A stretch of DNA of 64,000 nucleotides from the NCBI GenBank assembly GCA_002011125.2, contig MTMF02000009.1, positions 1,576,989 to 1,640,988 of the forward strand, written 5' to 3'. A program made the position numbers and the translations under genes. This document shows, piece after piece, positions 9,512 through 18,123 of the stretch. Below the pieces are notes generated by a model. That model made no database searches. It saw nothing but the letters and a program-made list of their open reading frames with translations, and was not told the DNA's origin. Each line of letters opens with the position of its first letter. The first letter of the stretch is position 1. This DNA is from Candidatus Hydrothermarchaeum profundi. GTDB lineage: Archaea > Hydrothermarchaeota > Hydrothermarchaeia > Hydrothermarchaeales > Hydrothermarchaeaceae.

Positions 9512-10777
9512 ATGAAACTTGATCTAAAAGCAAAGCTAGCAGATCCGAAGAATAGAATCTTATTTTTATGTTGCAGTGGCATAGCATTCTCTTGGATTCC
9601 TTGGTTTAATTATTCCGCTGTGCTACCTATATTGAAGGAGGAGTTTAGTTTAACGAGCGCAGAAGCGGGAAAAATCATGGGAGGATTTCAATTAGGCTAC
9701 GTTTTAACTGTATTGATTACAGGAGTAATAGCTGACAAAATAGGAAAAAAACCAATCCTCGTGATTTCATCACTAATTACTGGGGTCGCTTCAATAGCTT
9801 TCGCCTTATTTGCTAAAGACTATTTCTCAGCTTTGATTTTGAGAGTTTTAATAGGTATGGGATGCGGAGGTGTATATGCTCCAGGGTTAGCGCTTCTTTC
9901 AAGTTGGTTTTCACCACGAGCTAGAGGAATGGCTTTCGGTGCATACACCGGGTCTTCTGTCTTTTCCTATGCTCTTGGATACTTCCTAACTGCACCTATT
10001 GCAGCTGTAGGGGGATGGCAGAAGGGCATATTATTTACATCCTATCCCGTTTTCATTGCTGTGTTATTTTTTGGTTTAGTAAAAGAACCGCTTACGTCAG
10101 ATTCTAGTCGAATAGAGGACTCACCACTCATGTCTGTTAAGAATATACAATTAGTCCCTCTAATCTTGATTACAATTGCTTACATGGCACACATGTGGGA
10201 ACAATTTGCTTTTTGGGGATGGGTAGGCCCTTATCTCTCAGCAGCAGGGGTTACCCATGGGATGGGCAAAGAGGAAGCCTTAACAATAGGCGGATTAATA
10301 GCTTCTATTACTATAATGATGGGTGTGTTTTCTCCATTTATAGGAGGTAAAATATCTGATAAATTAGGTCGAACTTTTACTGCGGCTTTTTTTTCTATAT
10401 TAAGCGCGATCTGTTCTTTTATTTTTGGCTGGCTAATTATAAAACCGTTTAATACAATCGTTGTCGCTAGCCTGATTTATGGATTTTTCGTAGTAGCGGA
10501 TTCTGCAATCTATAAAGCCGGTTTATCTGAAATGGTTCCTTCAACTTTTTTAACGAGCGCTCTAGCAATTCAATCAGCTGCCGGATTTGGAGCCGCAATA
10601 ATTTCTCCAGGTATATTTGGAATCATCCTAGATTTTACCAACACATCCTCAAGCATTCAAATCCCGTGGGGATGGGCGTTTGTGAGTTTAGGAATAGGTT
10701 CACTAATCAGCCCAATATGCCTAAGTATTCTGAGGTCTCACCCCCATAGTACTGCTATGACATCTGGAAAAAGATAG
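9512..10777 (+). CDS. MFS transporter
   Basis: About 12 TM segments; G.IADKIGKK and GKISDKLGR motif A. Confidence 0.9.
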   Translation: MKLDLKAKLADPKNRILFLCCSGIAFSWIPWFNYSAVLPILKEEFSLTSAEAGKIMGGFQLGYVLTVLITGVIADKIGKKPILVISSLITGVASIAFALFAKDYFSALILRVLIGMGCGGVYAPGLALLSSWFSPRARGMAFGAYTGSSVFSYALGYFLTAPIAAVGGWQKGILFTSYPVFIAVLFFGLVKEPLTSDSSRIEDSPLMSVKNIQLVPLILITIAYMAHMWEQFAFWGWVGPYLSAAGVTHGMGKEEALTIGGLIASITIMMGVFSPFIGGKISDKLGRTFTAAFFSILSAICSFIFGWLIIKPFNTIVVASLIYGFFVVADSAIYKAGLSEMVPSTFLTSALAIQSAAGFGAAIISPGIFGIILDFTNTSSSIQIPWGWAFVSLGIGSLISPICLSILRSHPHSTAMTSGKR

Positions 10778-10815
10778 AGAATTGAGCGAATATTAGGGAG
10801 GAGAAAAAAGAGAAA

Positions 10816-10986
10816 TTATACTTTTTTGACTATCCTCCCTTCCTTTTCTTTATCCTCGCTTAACAAACACTTTTTTAGTTCCACGTCCCATATGTCTCTC
10901 GGCCTAATATCATAGTCTCTTACAATCTCAGGGGGTATCACAAAAACAAGATAATTCCCCCACATCCTAACACGCATCGCCGTCAT
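10816..10986 (-). CDS. Small AbrB/MazE/SpoVT-like DNA-binding protein (56 aa, below ORF-track cutoff)
   Basis: Manual translation MTAMRVRMWGNYLVFVIPPEIVRDYDIRPRDIWDVEL...; resembles the AbrB R.WGNS...IP pattern. Confidence 0.55.
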   Translation of the reverse strand: MTAMRVRMWGNYLVFVIPPEIVRDYDIRPRDIWDVELKKCLLSEDKEKEGRIVKKV

Positions 10987-11015
10987 AGGGCCTAAAACCT
11001 TTATAATAAAATCTA

Positions 11016-11687
11016 CTAATTTTTCTTTCCTTCTTCGATTCCCATTAACCTTTTAGCTACTATAACCGCATCAAAAGCATCCTCACCGTATCCATCTGCT
11101 CCAATCCTATCTGCATACTCTTGAGAGAGAGGGGCGCCGCCGATAAGTACTTTATATTTATCTCTCAGGCCTTTTTGTTTTAATAGTTCAATTAAATTCT
11201 TTGTTTGGTCCATTGTAGTGGTTAGCAGAGCACATGCTGCAATAATGTCAGCGTTTACTTTTTCAGCTTCTTCGATGAATTTTTCTAATGGAACATCAAT
11301 GCCTAAATCGTAAACCTCAAACCCCGCTGCCGTTAGAGCACTTTCTACCATATTCTTCCCAATATCATGGATATCATTTTGAACTGTACCAAAAACAATT
11401 CTTCCTAGCTTTTCACCTTTACCAAATTCTTTTGCAGCTTTCTCCTCGAGCTTAGGTTTCAGTACCTCAAACCCCGCCTTAAAAGCATGAGCACTTAAAA
11501 GCATTTCGGTGATAAAATATTCTCCTTTATTAAATTTCTCGCCTACGACTTGCATAGCATCGCTCATAGTTTTAACAATGACGTCCACGTCAATATTATC
11601 CTCTAGAGCTTTTTTAACCACGTCAGGTACTTCCGCTCTTTTACCTGCAATTACCAGCTCAGATAATTGTTTCAAAATTTCACTCAT
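11016..11687 (-). CDS. Corrinoid (B12-binding) methyl-carrier protein
   Basis: DIHDIGKN, LLTTT, IGGAP. Confidence 0.93.
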   Translation of the reverse strand: MSEILKQLSELVIAGKRAEVPDVVKKALEDNIDVDVIVKTMSDAMQVVGEKFNKGEYFITEMLLSAHAFKAGFEVLKPKLEEKAAKEFGKGEKLGRIVFGTVQNDIHDIGKNMVESALTAAGFEVYDLGIDVPLEKFIEEAEKVNADIIAACALLTTTMDQTKNLIELLKQKGLRDKYKVLIGGAPLSQEYADRIGADGYGEDAFDAVIVAKRLMGIEEGKKN

Positions 11688-12771
11688 TAAGTATCACCTC
11701 ACCATCATCCTTGTATTTAGTGGATTTACCAATCTTGATTAAAGTCTGAATGTTTTCAAACGGTACTGTTGGAGGAACATCACACCCCGCAGAAAGTACG
11801 TAGCCTCCTCCTTTTGCCGCCTGTTCAATGCATTTTCTAGCATTTTTAGCTACATCTTCTGGAGTACCTGCATTTAATACATTAATCTGGTCAACATTTC
11901 CTCCAAGACATATTTTATCTCCGATTTCTCTCTTTGCCAAGCCTAAATTAAATTTTGGATCAACTAGGAAAAACTCTGCACCAGTTTCAGGTAATAGCTC
12001 ATACCTATTGTCTGGTTCCCAATTATTGCACATATGCAACCAAATAACAGAGCCTTCGGAATGATAATGGTCGACTAGTTTTTTCTGATATGGCAAAGCA
12101 AATTTTTGATAATTTAGTTTGGAGATTAAACCCGGAGCCGCCATTGGGTCTGTTATAACAACCATTTGCTCTTTTAAGACACCATCTTCAATAAGAGGGC
12201 GATAATATTCCATATGAAACTTAGTTGAAAACTCAAGGAGTTTATGAACTAACTCAGGATTTTCAGCTAAATTCATCATCAAATTTTCTATCCCCATGAA
12301 TTGTCCAGAATATGTAAAAGGGCCAAAAGCTGTCATACATACTAACACTTCATCTCCAACTCTATCTACGACTAACCGGGTAGCATCCCTAATCGCAGTA
12401 ACGATTCTGTCCTCATCTAGCGCGCCTGATTCTAGCTTTGCATAAAGCTGATTAATATCTTCCTCATTTTTTACCATAAACGGCGGAGCAATATCTGGTG
12501 GCGCACTTACTCCCATATATTTTAAATTTCCACCTAATGCAGCAACTGGAAAATTATTCATGCCTGAGCCGCAAAAAATAATATCCGATTGCACTTTCTC
12601 ATTAATTGAAATATATGTGTTTGCCATTTTTTCAGCACTTTCAGGCCATTTCTCCCATGAATCATTAGTGTTGTATACTATCCACATCCCCCCTCCAAAC
12701 CAGGGAGTAACCGGTAATCTTTCCGGAACGCCTAATTTAAAGGCTTCCAATACAACTTCTTTGGAATTCAT
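11680..12771 (-). CDS. UroD/MtaA-family methyltransferase
   Basis: HMC and SAGC Zn ligands, GPFT; start moved to ATG 12771 behind GGAGG. Confidence 0.85.
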   Translation of the reverse strand: MNSKEVVLEAFKLGVPERLPVTPWFGGGMWIVYNTNDSWEKWPESAEKMANTYISINEKVQSDIIFCGSGMNNFPVAALGGNLKYMGVSAPPDIAPPFMVKNEEDINQLYAKLESGALDEDRIVTAIRDATRLVVDRVGDEVLVCMTAFGPFTYSGQFMGIENLMMNLAENPELVHKLLEFSTKFHMEYYRPLIEDGVLKEQMVVITDPMAAPGLISKLNYQKFALPYQKKLVDHYHSEGSVIWLHMCNNWEPDNRYELLPETGAEFFLVDPKFNLGLAKREIGDKICLGGNVDQINVLNAGTPEDVAKNARKCIEQAAKGGGYVLSAGCDVPPTVPFENIQTLIKIGKSTKYKDDGEVILNE

Positions 12772-12958
12772 ATTATTTCCCTCCTGTTTTTTAAAGTGTT
12801 TAAAAAACTTCGGTATATTTAAGTTTTTCGCAGTTTTTATCAATCAAAAAAAGCTTCAGTCCCGGTATACGATGATCATCTTTCAAAAAAACAGAATTGT
12901 CATTCGAAAAATTTAAATATTTGGTCCAAAAAAAAATAAAAAAACATTCCACTGGGGG

Positions 12959-14278
12959 GTGACAAAAATTAAGAAGGTGAAACCAAAAGGGAAAACTCTA
13001 AAGGATGAAGAGATATATAAAGAATGGATTGAAGCCGATGACGACTCTATGGAAATTTCAAGAAGAGAATTTATAAAAAGTGTCGGATTTCTCGGAGGAA
13101 CCGTCTTTTTAGGCAGTTTTCTTTCCGGCTGTGTGACGGGTACTAAAGAAGCCGCTCCAGCTCCCGAAACTCAAGCTCCTGCTGCCGAAGAAACCCCTGC
13201 CGCTGAAAGGGCAATGGAATACAAAATTCGAGTAGGTTACCTGCCGGCTACCCACGATTCACTATTCTTTAGCGCAATGGAAGCAGGCTACTTTAAAGAA
13301 CTTGGCTTAGAAGTAGAGCCATATATATTTTATTCTGGGGGGAAGATGGGGGAAGCTACAGCAGCCGGAAAACTTGATGCGTTCATAGTTGGAAGCACAG
13401 CCCCGATGTACTATATAGCAAAAGGTGCTCCTATCAGCATCGTTGGAGGAGACGCATTTTATGGCTCAGGAATAGTTACTAAACCAGAGAATGTTAATAA
13501 GCTAAATAAAAAAGATATCAACATATTTAGAGGTAAAACCATAGCTACGGTAAGATTAGGTACTGCCGATGGGATATGGCGAGGATATCTGTGGGACGCA
13601 GGCATCCGAAGTTGGGATGGATCAGATATGGTTAACGGTATGAGGACTTTGGATCTTGGAAGTCCTGGAGACGTCGTAGCTGCAGTAAGGGGTAATAAAG
13701 CATTAGGTGGTCTTGTATGGGAGCCCTATGTCAGTCTAGCAGATTTAGAAGGATATCCTCCTTCTTTTTGGATCAAGTGGCTAGACCCTCATTCCTGCTG
13801 TAGAACTAGTATGAATGACGACTTTCTTAAAGCGAATCCAGAAGCAGCAGTAAGGTTCCAACAAGGGATAATGATGGCTGAAAGGGATTACTATCTAAAT
13901 CCAGAAAATTGGGACGAGTTTATTGAGCAATCTGACGTATGGCTGAGGATAGGCTACGACTCGCTTTATAGAGGATTATTCTACAGAGAGCCCGCATTAG
14001 ATGGAGACTTTAGACTTAGGCTTGGTAGTGGATTAGCAAAGCCGAATACGGATAGATTTGCAGATATAATCTACAAGTGGCTAGGATGGGACCAAACCAT
14101 AGTGTCAACAATAAAATCAAAGGTGAATCCACAGATCAATTTAGAAGCTGCCAAAAGACTAGGCCACTCTGAAGAGGAAGCGAAAAGGCTAACTAACTTG
14201 AACCCAGATACTAAGGCCTATATGAAAGCTGTCGGAATATCGGACGATGTCATAGAGAAGAGCTTTTTCGTTACATAA
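12959..14278 (+). CDS. NitT/TauT-family ABC substrate-binding lipoprotein with Tat signal
   Basis: SRREFIK twin-arginine motif, LSGC lipobox, IRVGYLP, WEPY, HSCC. Confidence 0.85.
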   Translation: MTKIKKVKPKGKTLKDEEIYKEWIEADDDSMEISRREFIKSVGFLGGTVFLGSFLSGCVTGTKEAAPAPETQAPAAEETPAAERAMEYKIRVGYLPATHDSLFFSAMEAGYFKELGLEVEPYIFYSGGKMGEATAAGKLDAFIVGSTAPMYYIAKGAPISIVGGDAFYGSGIVTKPENVNKLNKKDINIFRGKTIATVRLGTADGIWRGYLWDAGIRSWDGSDMVNGMRTLDLGSPGDVVAAVRGNKALGGLVWEPYVSLADLEGYPPSFWIKWLDPHSCCRTSMNDDFLKANPEAAVRFQQGIMMAERDYYLNPENWDEFIEQSDVWLRIGYDSLYRGLFYREPALDGDFRLRLGSGLAKPNTDRFADIIYKWLGWDQTIVSTIKSKVNPQINLEAAKRLGHSEEEAKRLTNLNPDTKAYMKAVGISDDVIEKSFFVT

Positions 14279-14303
14279 ACTGGCTAACTAAAAGCCCGAA
14301 GAG

Positions 14304-15101
14304 GTGAAAGATATGAGAAAATTCTGGCTCAGTATTTTTTTAGTAGTAATTGCCGCTGTAGGCATATATGTAAGCGAAGTTCAAGCGCCGGAGCCAGTTA
14401 CACCTATGCCAATGATCAAACCTACAGGAGCTGTTAAAGAAATACCGTTACAAGTTAATATTCGAGGATTTTTCCCTCAGAATCCCTCTACATGGTTTGT
14501 AACTGAGGGGGATACTGTAAGGATTTTAGTGACATCTGTTGATGACAGCTATGCTAAAGGGGTCTCAGAGGGAGCCCATGAACACACATTCAACATAGAC
14601 GAATACAATATTCATCTTACTATTCCACCTGGGGAAACACGGATGGCAGAGTTTATGGTAGATGATAGAGCAGAAAGAGTGGCATTTTATTGTAGTTTAC
14701 CAGGACACAGATACCAAGAAAATGGAGTAATTGAAATAAGAAAGCAAGCAGTAGAACCTACTGGCTTTATTAGAGTAATTCCGCTCTCAGTCAATATTAA
14801 GGGCTTTACATTACCGAGCTACTATGCTTACCATGCAACCAGTAACACAATTAAAGTCAATCTAGGTGACACAGTCCGGCTTATTGTGACATCTGTTGAT
14901 GACAGCTATGCTAAAGGGGTCTCAGAGGGAGCCCATGAACACACATTCAACATAGACGAATACAATATTCATAGAGTGGTCCCTGCAGGTGAAAGTATAT
15001 ATGTAGAATTTTTAGCAGATAAGCCTGGACATTTCACATACTACTGCGATAAACCCGGACATAGATATCAAGAACAAGGAACTCTATTAGTAGGATTTTA
15101 A
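14304..15101 (+). CDS. Membrane-anchored tandem cupredoxin-domain protein
   Basis: Two repeats of GDTVR...HTF...YC..PGH. Confidence 0.75.
   Translation: MKDMRKFWLSIFLVVIAAVGIYVSEVQAPEPVTPMPMIKPTGAVKEIPLQVNIRGFFPQNPSTWFVTEGDTVRILVTSVDDSYAKGVSEGAHEHTFNIDEYNIHLTIPPGETRMAEFMVDDRAERVAFYCSLPGHRYQENGVIEIRKQAVEPTGFIRVIPLSVNIKGFTLPSYYAYHATSNTIKVNLGDTVRLIVTSVDDSYAKGVSEGAHEHTFNIDEYNIHRVVPAGESIYVEFLADKPGHFTYYCDKPGHRYQEQGTLLVGF
14529..14972 (+). repeat. Exact 87-bp intragenic direct repeat (14529-14615 and 14886-14972)
   Basis: Identical DNA encoding VTSVDDSYAKGVSEGAHEHTFNIDEYNIH in both domains. Confidence 0.92.
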
Positions 15102-15111
15102 AAACAAAGTC

Positions 15112-15136
15112 GGGATGGAGAATTCTTCTCCATCCC
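15112..15136. terminator. Intergenic hairpin (11-bp stem), possible terminator or processing site
   Basis: gggatggagaa-ttc-ttctccatccc just after the cupredoxin stop. Confidence 0.55.
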
Positions 15137-15166
15137 AAATAATATTTTTAAGTAACTTGGAGAGAG

Positions 15167-16087
15167 ATGAGTATGCTGAGATTCGAAAGAGAACAAAGTA
15201 TTTTTAACATTGAGGGAATAAAGATAGGGGGGCAGCCAGGGGAAAATCCTGTTGTCCTAATTGGATCGATTTTTTACTCAGGACATAAAATTGTCAAAGA
15301 TCAAAAAAGAGGAGTATTTGATAAAGAGAAAGCCGAAGAGTTAATTCAACAGCAAGCAGAGATATCAGAGATAACAGGGGTGCCCTACATATTTGATGTT
15401 GTTGCTGAAAACCCAGAAGCAATGGAAAAATATGTGGATTTTATATCAGATACTACATCTGCCCCATTTATATTAGACGGGATCGATCCAGATACCAGGA
15501 TGAAAGCTTTAAACCATATAGTAGAAATTGGTGTAACCTCGAGGACTATCTACGGACAAATCAGTCCTACAACAAAACCAGATGAACTACAATCTATAAA
15601 AGACTCAGGGATAAAGAGTTCAATAGTATTCGCTTTCAGCTCATATGATCCTACAGCTGAAGGTAAAGTTGCATTATTAGAGAGTATAGACGGGAAAAAA
15701 GGATTATTGGAGATAGCTAAAGATGCGGGTATAAGTCAACCTTTGATTGACACAGCAGTTTTAGATATTTCTAGCGTTGCTGTAGCATCAGACGCGATAC
15801 AGATAGTTAAGCAGAAATATGGTCTTCCTTCTGGTTGCGCCCCAGCTAACGGTGTATCGATGTGGAAGAAATCAAAAATTTCTAAAGAATTTTATAGATC
15901 GTGTGAAGCCTCAGCTATGGTATTCACAAGATCTAGAGGAGCGGATTTCATTTTATATGGCCCTATAGAAGCAGCTAAGACTGTTTTTCCATCTATTGCA
16001 ACATACGAGGCTTTACTTGCATATACGTTGAAATGGGCGTATGGATTTATACCCAATAAAGACCATCCATTTTTCAAAATGTTTTGA
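15167..16087 (+). CDS. Stand-alone MtrH-like corrinoid:pterin methyltransferase
   Basis: IGGQPGENP..LIGSIFY.GH, GCAPAN, DFILYGPIE; no other mtr subunits in the window. Confidence 0.88.
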   Translation: MSMLRFEREQSIFNIEGIKIGGQPGENPVVLIGSIFYSGHKIVKDQKRGVFDKEKAEELIQQQAEISEITGVPYIFDVVAENPEAMEKYVDFISDTTSAPFILDGIDPDTRMKALNHIVEIGVTSRTIYGQISPTTKPDELQSIKDSGIKSSIVFAFSSYDPTAEGKVALLESIDGKKGLLEIAKDAGISQPLIDTAVLDISSVAVASDAIQIVKQKYGLPSGCAPANGVSMWKKSKISKEFYRSCEASAMVFTRSRGADFILYGPIEAAKTVFPSIATYEALLAYTLKWAYGFIPNKDHPFFKMF

Positions 16088-16119
16088 AAAGAATGGGTGG
16101 GATTATCTTTCTTTTTTAT

Positions 16120-17049
16120 TTAGGTATTTGGTTTAGACCTAAGGAAATCCCAGAAGTCCTTGAGAATAGGAGACCTTTTGCAAAGACCTCTATTACAAAC
16201 CGCGTAAAATTTTCTAGTTGTATCGCCAACACCAGAAATTTTTAATAGTTTAATTTTACGGCCCTCCCGCATAGCTTTTTCAACAGGCAACGAACATATG
16301 ATTCCTATTCCAAGCCCGTTCTCTATTGCCGTGAGAATGGTTCCAGGCCAATCTAAATGAGCTACAACATTAAAATCAGAGTAATCATATCCTCCCCTCT
16401 CCAAGAATCTCCCAACATCCATATATAATTCAGAGTAAGGCTGTGGTGATAAAAATGGATAGTGTCTAATATCTTCCAGCGATACTCTTGACCTATCTGA
16501 AAGTTCATGATCCGAGGGGACTGCAAGTACAAGTTCATCCTGACCAATTACCATTTTTTTACATTTTTGTTTAATAAAATCGTTATTTAGCTTCGCCTTA
16601 GTAAGGCATATTATATCATATTCATCCTTCTTTAATTTTTCAATTAGAGATTTCATTTCCTCGATTTTCAATTCAATTTTTTTTACAGACGCATTGTCCC
16701 TATATTTTTCTAAATAGTTTGGAAGTATATAAAGCCCTGGAACAACGGGAGCCCCGATATGTAGTTCTTGCAGTTGATCATCATGCATTCTATTAACTTT
16801 TTGTAGTGAATCATTATATATATCCAAAAGCGATTTTGCGGTTTCAAGAATTATTTTACCCCCCTCAGTTAATTCAACTCCTTTTTGAGTTCTTTTAAAA
16901 GCTTTTACGCCATATGCCTCCTCTAAGGCTGCTATCCTCATGCTCACAGTACTTTGAGCTAAGTTAAGCTCTTTAGCTGCCTCTAATATTCCTTTTTTAT
17001 TAGAAACAAGTATAAAAGTTTCAAAATATTCTAATTTTAAATTTTTCAT
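16120..17049 (-). CDS. LysR-family transcriptional regulator
   Basis: AAKELNLAQSTVS..I..LE, FKRT, LTEGG; start may be 17049 or 17064. Confidence 0.9.
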   Translation of the reverse strand: MKNLKLEYFETFILVSNKKGILEAAKELNLAQSTVSMRIAALEEAYGVKAFKRTQKGVELTEGGKIILETAKSLLDIYNDSLQKVNRMHDDQLQELHIGAPVVPGLYILPNYLEKYRDNASVKKIELKIEEMKSLIEKLKKDEYDIICLTKAKLNNDFIKQKCKKMVIGQDELVLAVPSDHELSDRSRVSLEDIRHYPFLSPQPYSELYMDVGRFLERGGYDYSDFNVVAHLDWPGTILTAIENGLGIGIICSLPVEKAMREGRKIKLLKISGVGDTTRKFYAVCNRGLCKRSPILKDFWDFLRSKPNT

Positions 17050-17108
17050 TATTTTCGATATCATTTTCGAATAATTTAAATTTTTTTGTATGTTATATAT
17101 AAAGAATC

Positions 17109-17131
17109 GGGGGCTTCATTATGAAGCCCCC
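17109..17131. terminator. Perfect inverted repeat between the mtrH-like gene and lysR
   Basis: gggggcttcat-t-atgaagccccc. Confidence 0.55.
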
Positions 17132-17169
17132 ATTTTCCCCGAAATGTTTTGCCCTATTTCCCCGAAGCT

Positions 17170-18117
17170 TTACCGTTTTTTCAGCGCATCCACAAAATCG
17201 GAGTAAAGCTTATTTATTGGATGCGAAGGATCTTCAGGTAAAAACTCTGTTTCTTCGAACACAAAAGTTGAGAGCATTGAGTTTGCTGTTGCTATAGCCG
17301 GGAACATCCACTTAGAACTCTCAATAGGCCCATATAGGAGGAAGTCATTCCAGAAAATCGCAGATATCGCGTGTGCAGCTGAGTCTACCCCTGCAAAGCC
17401 CAGTTTACCCCACATGCCCTCTTGAGTCTTCTTGACAAGATCTGTACCATTAGATGGGGCGCATCCTACTGGAAATCCGAAGGTTTCCTTAACTAATTTA
17501 CTCCCTAGTAGCGAGAAAGGAGTTGACGGAATTGTCATAACGGAAGTATCCGCCAAGAAGTTCTTGAACCCTGCCTCCTTCGCCCAAGGTAAAAGCTTAT
17601 CTCGAATTAGTTCTATTCTGCCTTGAGGAGTTGGATTTTCCTGGTTGAATGCTACCATAAGAACATTTTTAAGACCAATATTCTTTAACTCAGATATTTC
17701 TCTTTCGGGATCTTTACTCCACGGCGCTATGCTGTTATATAGATGCCGATCTTGCAACCCCATCTCAGCTATAATCTTAGCAGCTCCAATTTTTGGTTCT
17801 ACCGTCCAAATATCCGTAGTAAAAGGCATGTCACTTACACTCGTAACGAACTCTATATACCGCCTTGCTTCCTCAGCACTATTAGCAACTAGATCAACCA
17901 TACATGGAAGCCCGGTTTGGTCTGAGAGTTCCTCCTGTTTGTTTATAAGCTCTTCTGCTTTTTTCTTGTCGAATTTTCCTTCTTTTCTACTTTCCAGTAT
18001 TTTATGCCCGTTGTAAAACATCGTTCCAATGAGCACCAAAGGATTTTCCCCTGGCTGCCCACCGATTTTAACATTTCCTATTTTGCATACTTTTTGCTCT
18101 TTTTCAAATCTAAACAT
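17170..18117 (-). CDS. Stand-alone MtrH-like corrinoid:pterin methyltransferase
   Basis: MFRFEKEQ, IGGQPGENP, GCAPSNG, DFLLYGPIE. Confidence 0.88.
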   Translation of the reverse strand: MFRFEKEQKVCKIGNVKIGGQPGENPLVLIGTMFYNGHKILESRKEGKFDKKKAEELINKQEELSDQTGLPCMVDLVANSAEEARRYIEFVTSVSDMPFTTDIWTVEPKIGAAKIIAEMGLQDRHLYNSIAPWSKDPEREISELKNIGLKNVLMVAFNQENPTPQGRIELIRDKLLPWAKEAGFKNFLADTSVMTIPSTPFSLLGSKLVKETFGFPVGCAPSNGTDLVKKTQEGMWGKLGFAGVDSAAHAISAIFWNDFLLYGPIESSKWMFPAIATANSMLSTFVFEETEFLPEDPSHPINKLYSDFVDALKKR

Positions 18118-18123
18118 GTAAAA

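Noticed and set aside
15167-18117. Membrane Mtr complex
   Set aside because: Only MtrH-like genes are present; no mtrA-G nearby
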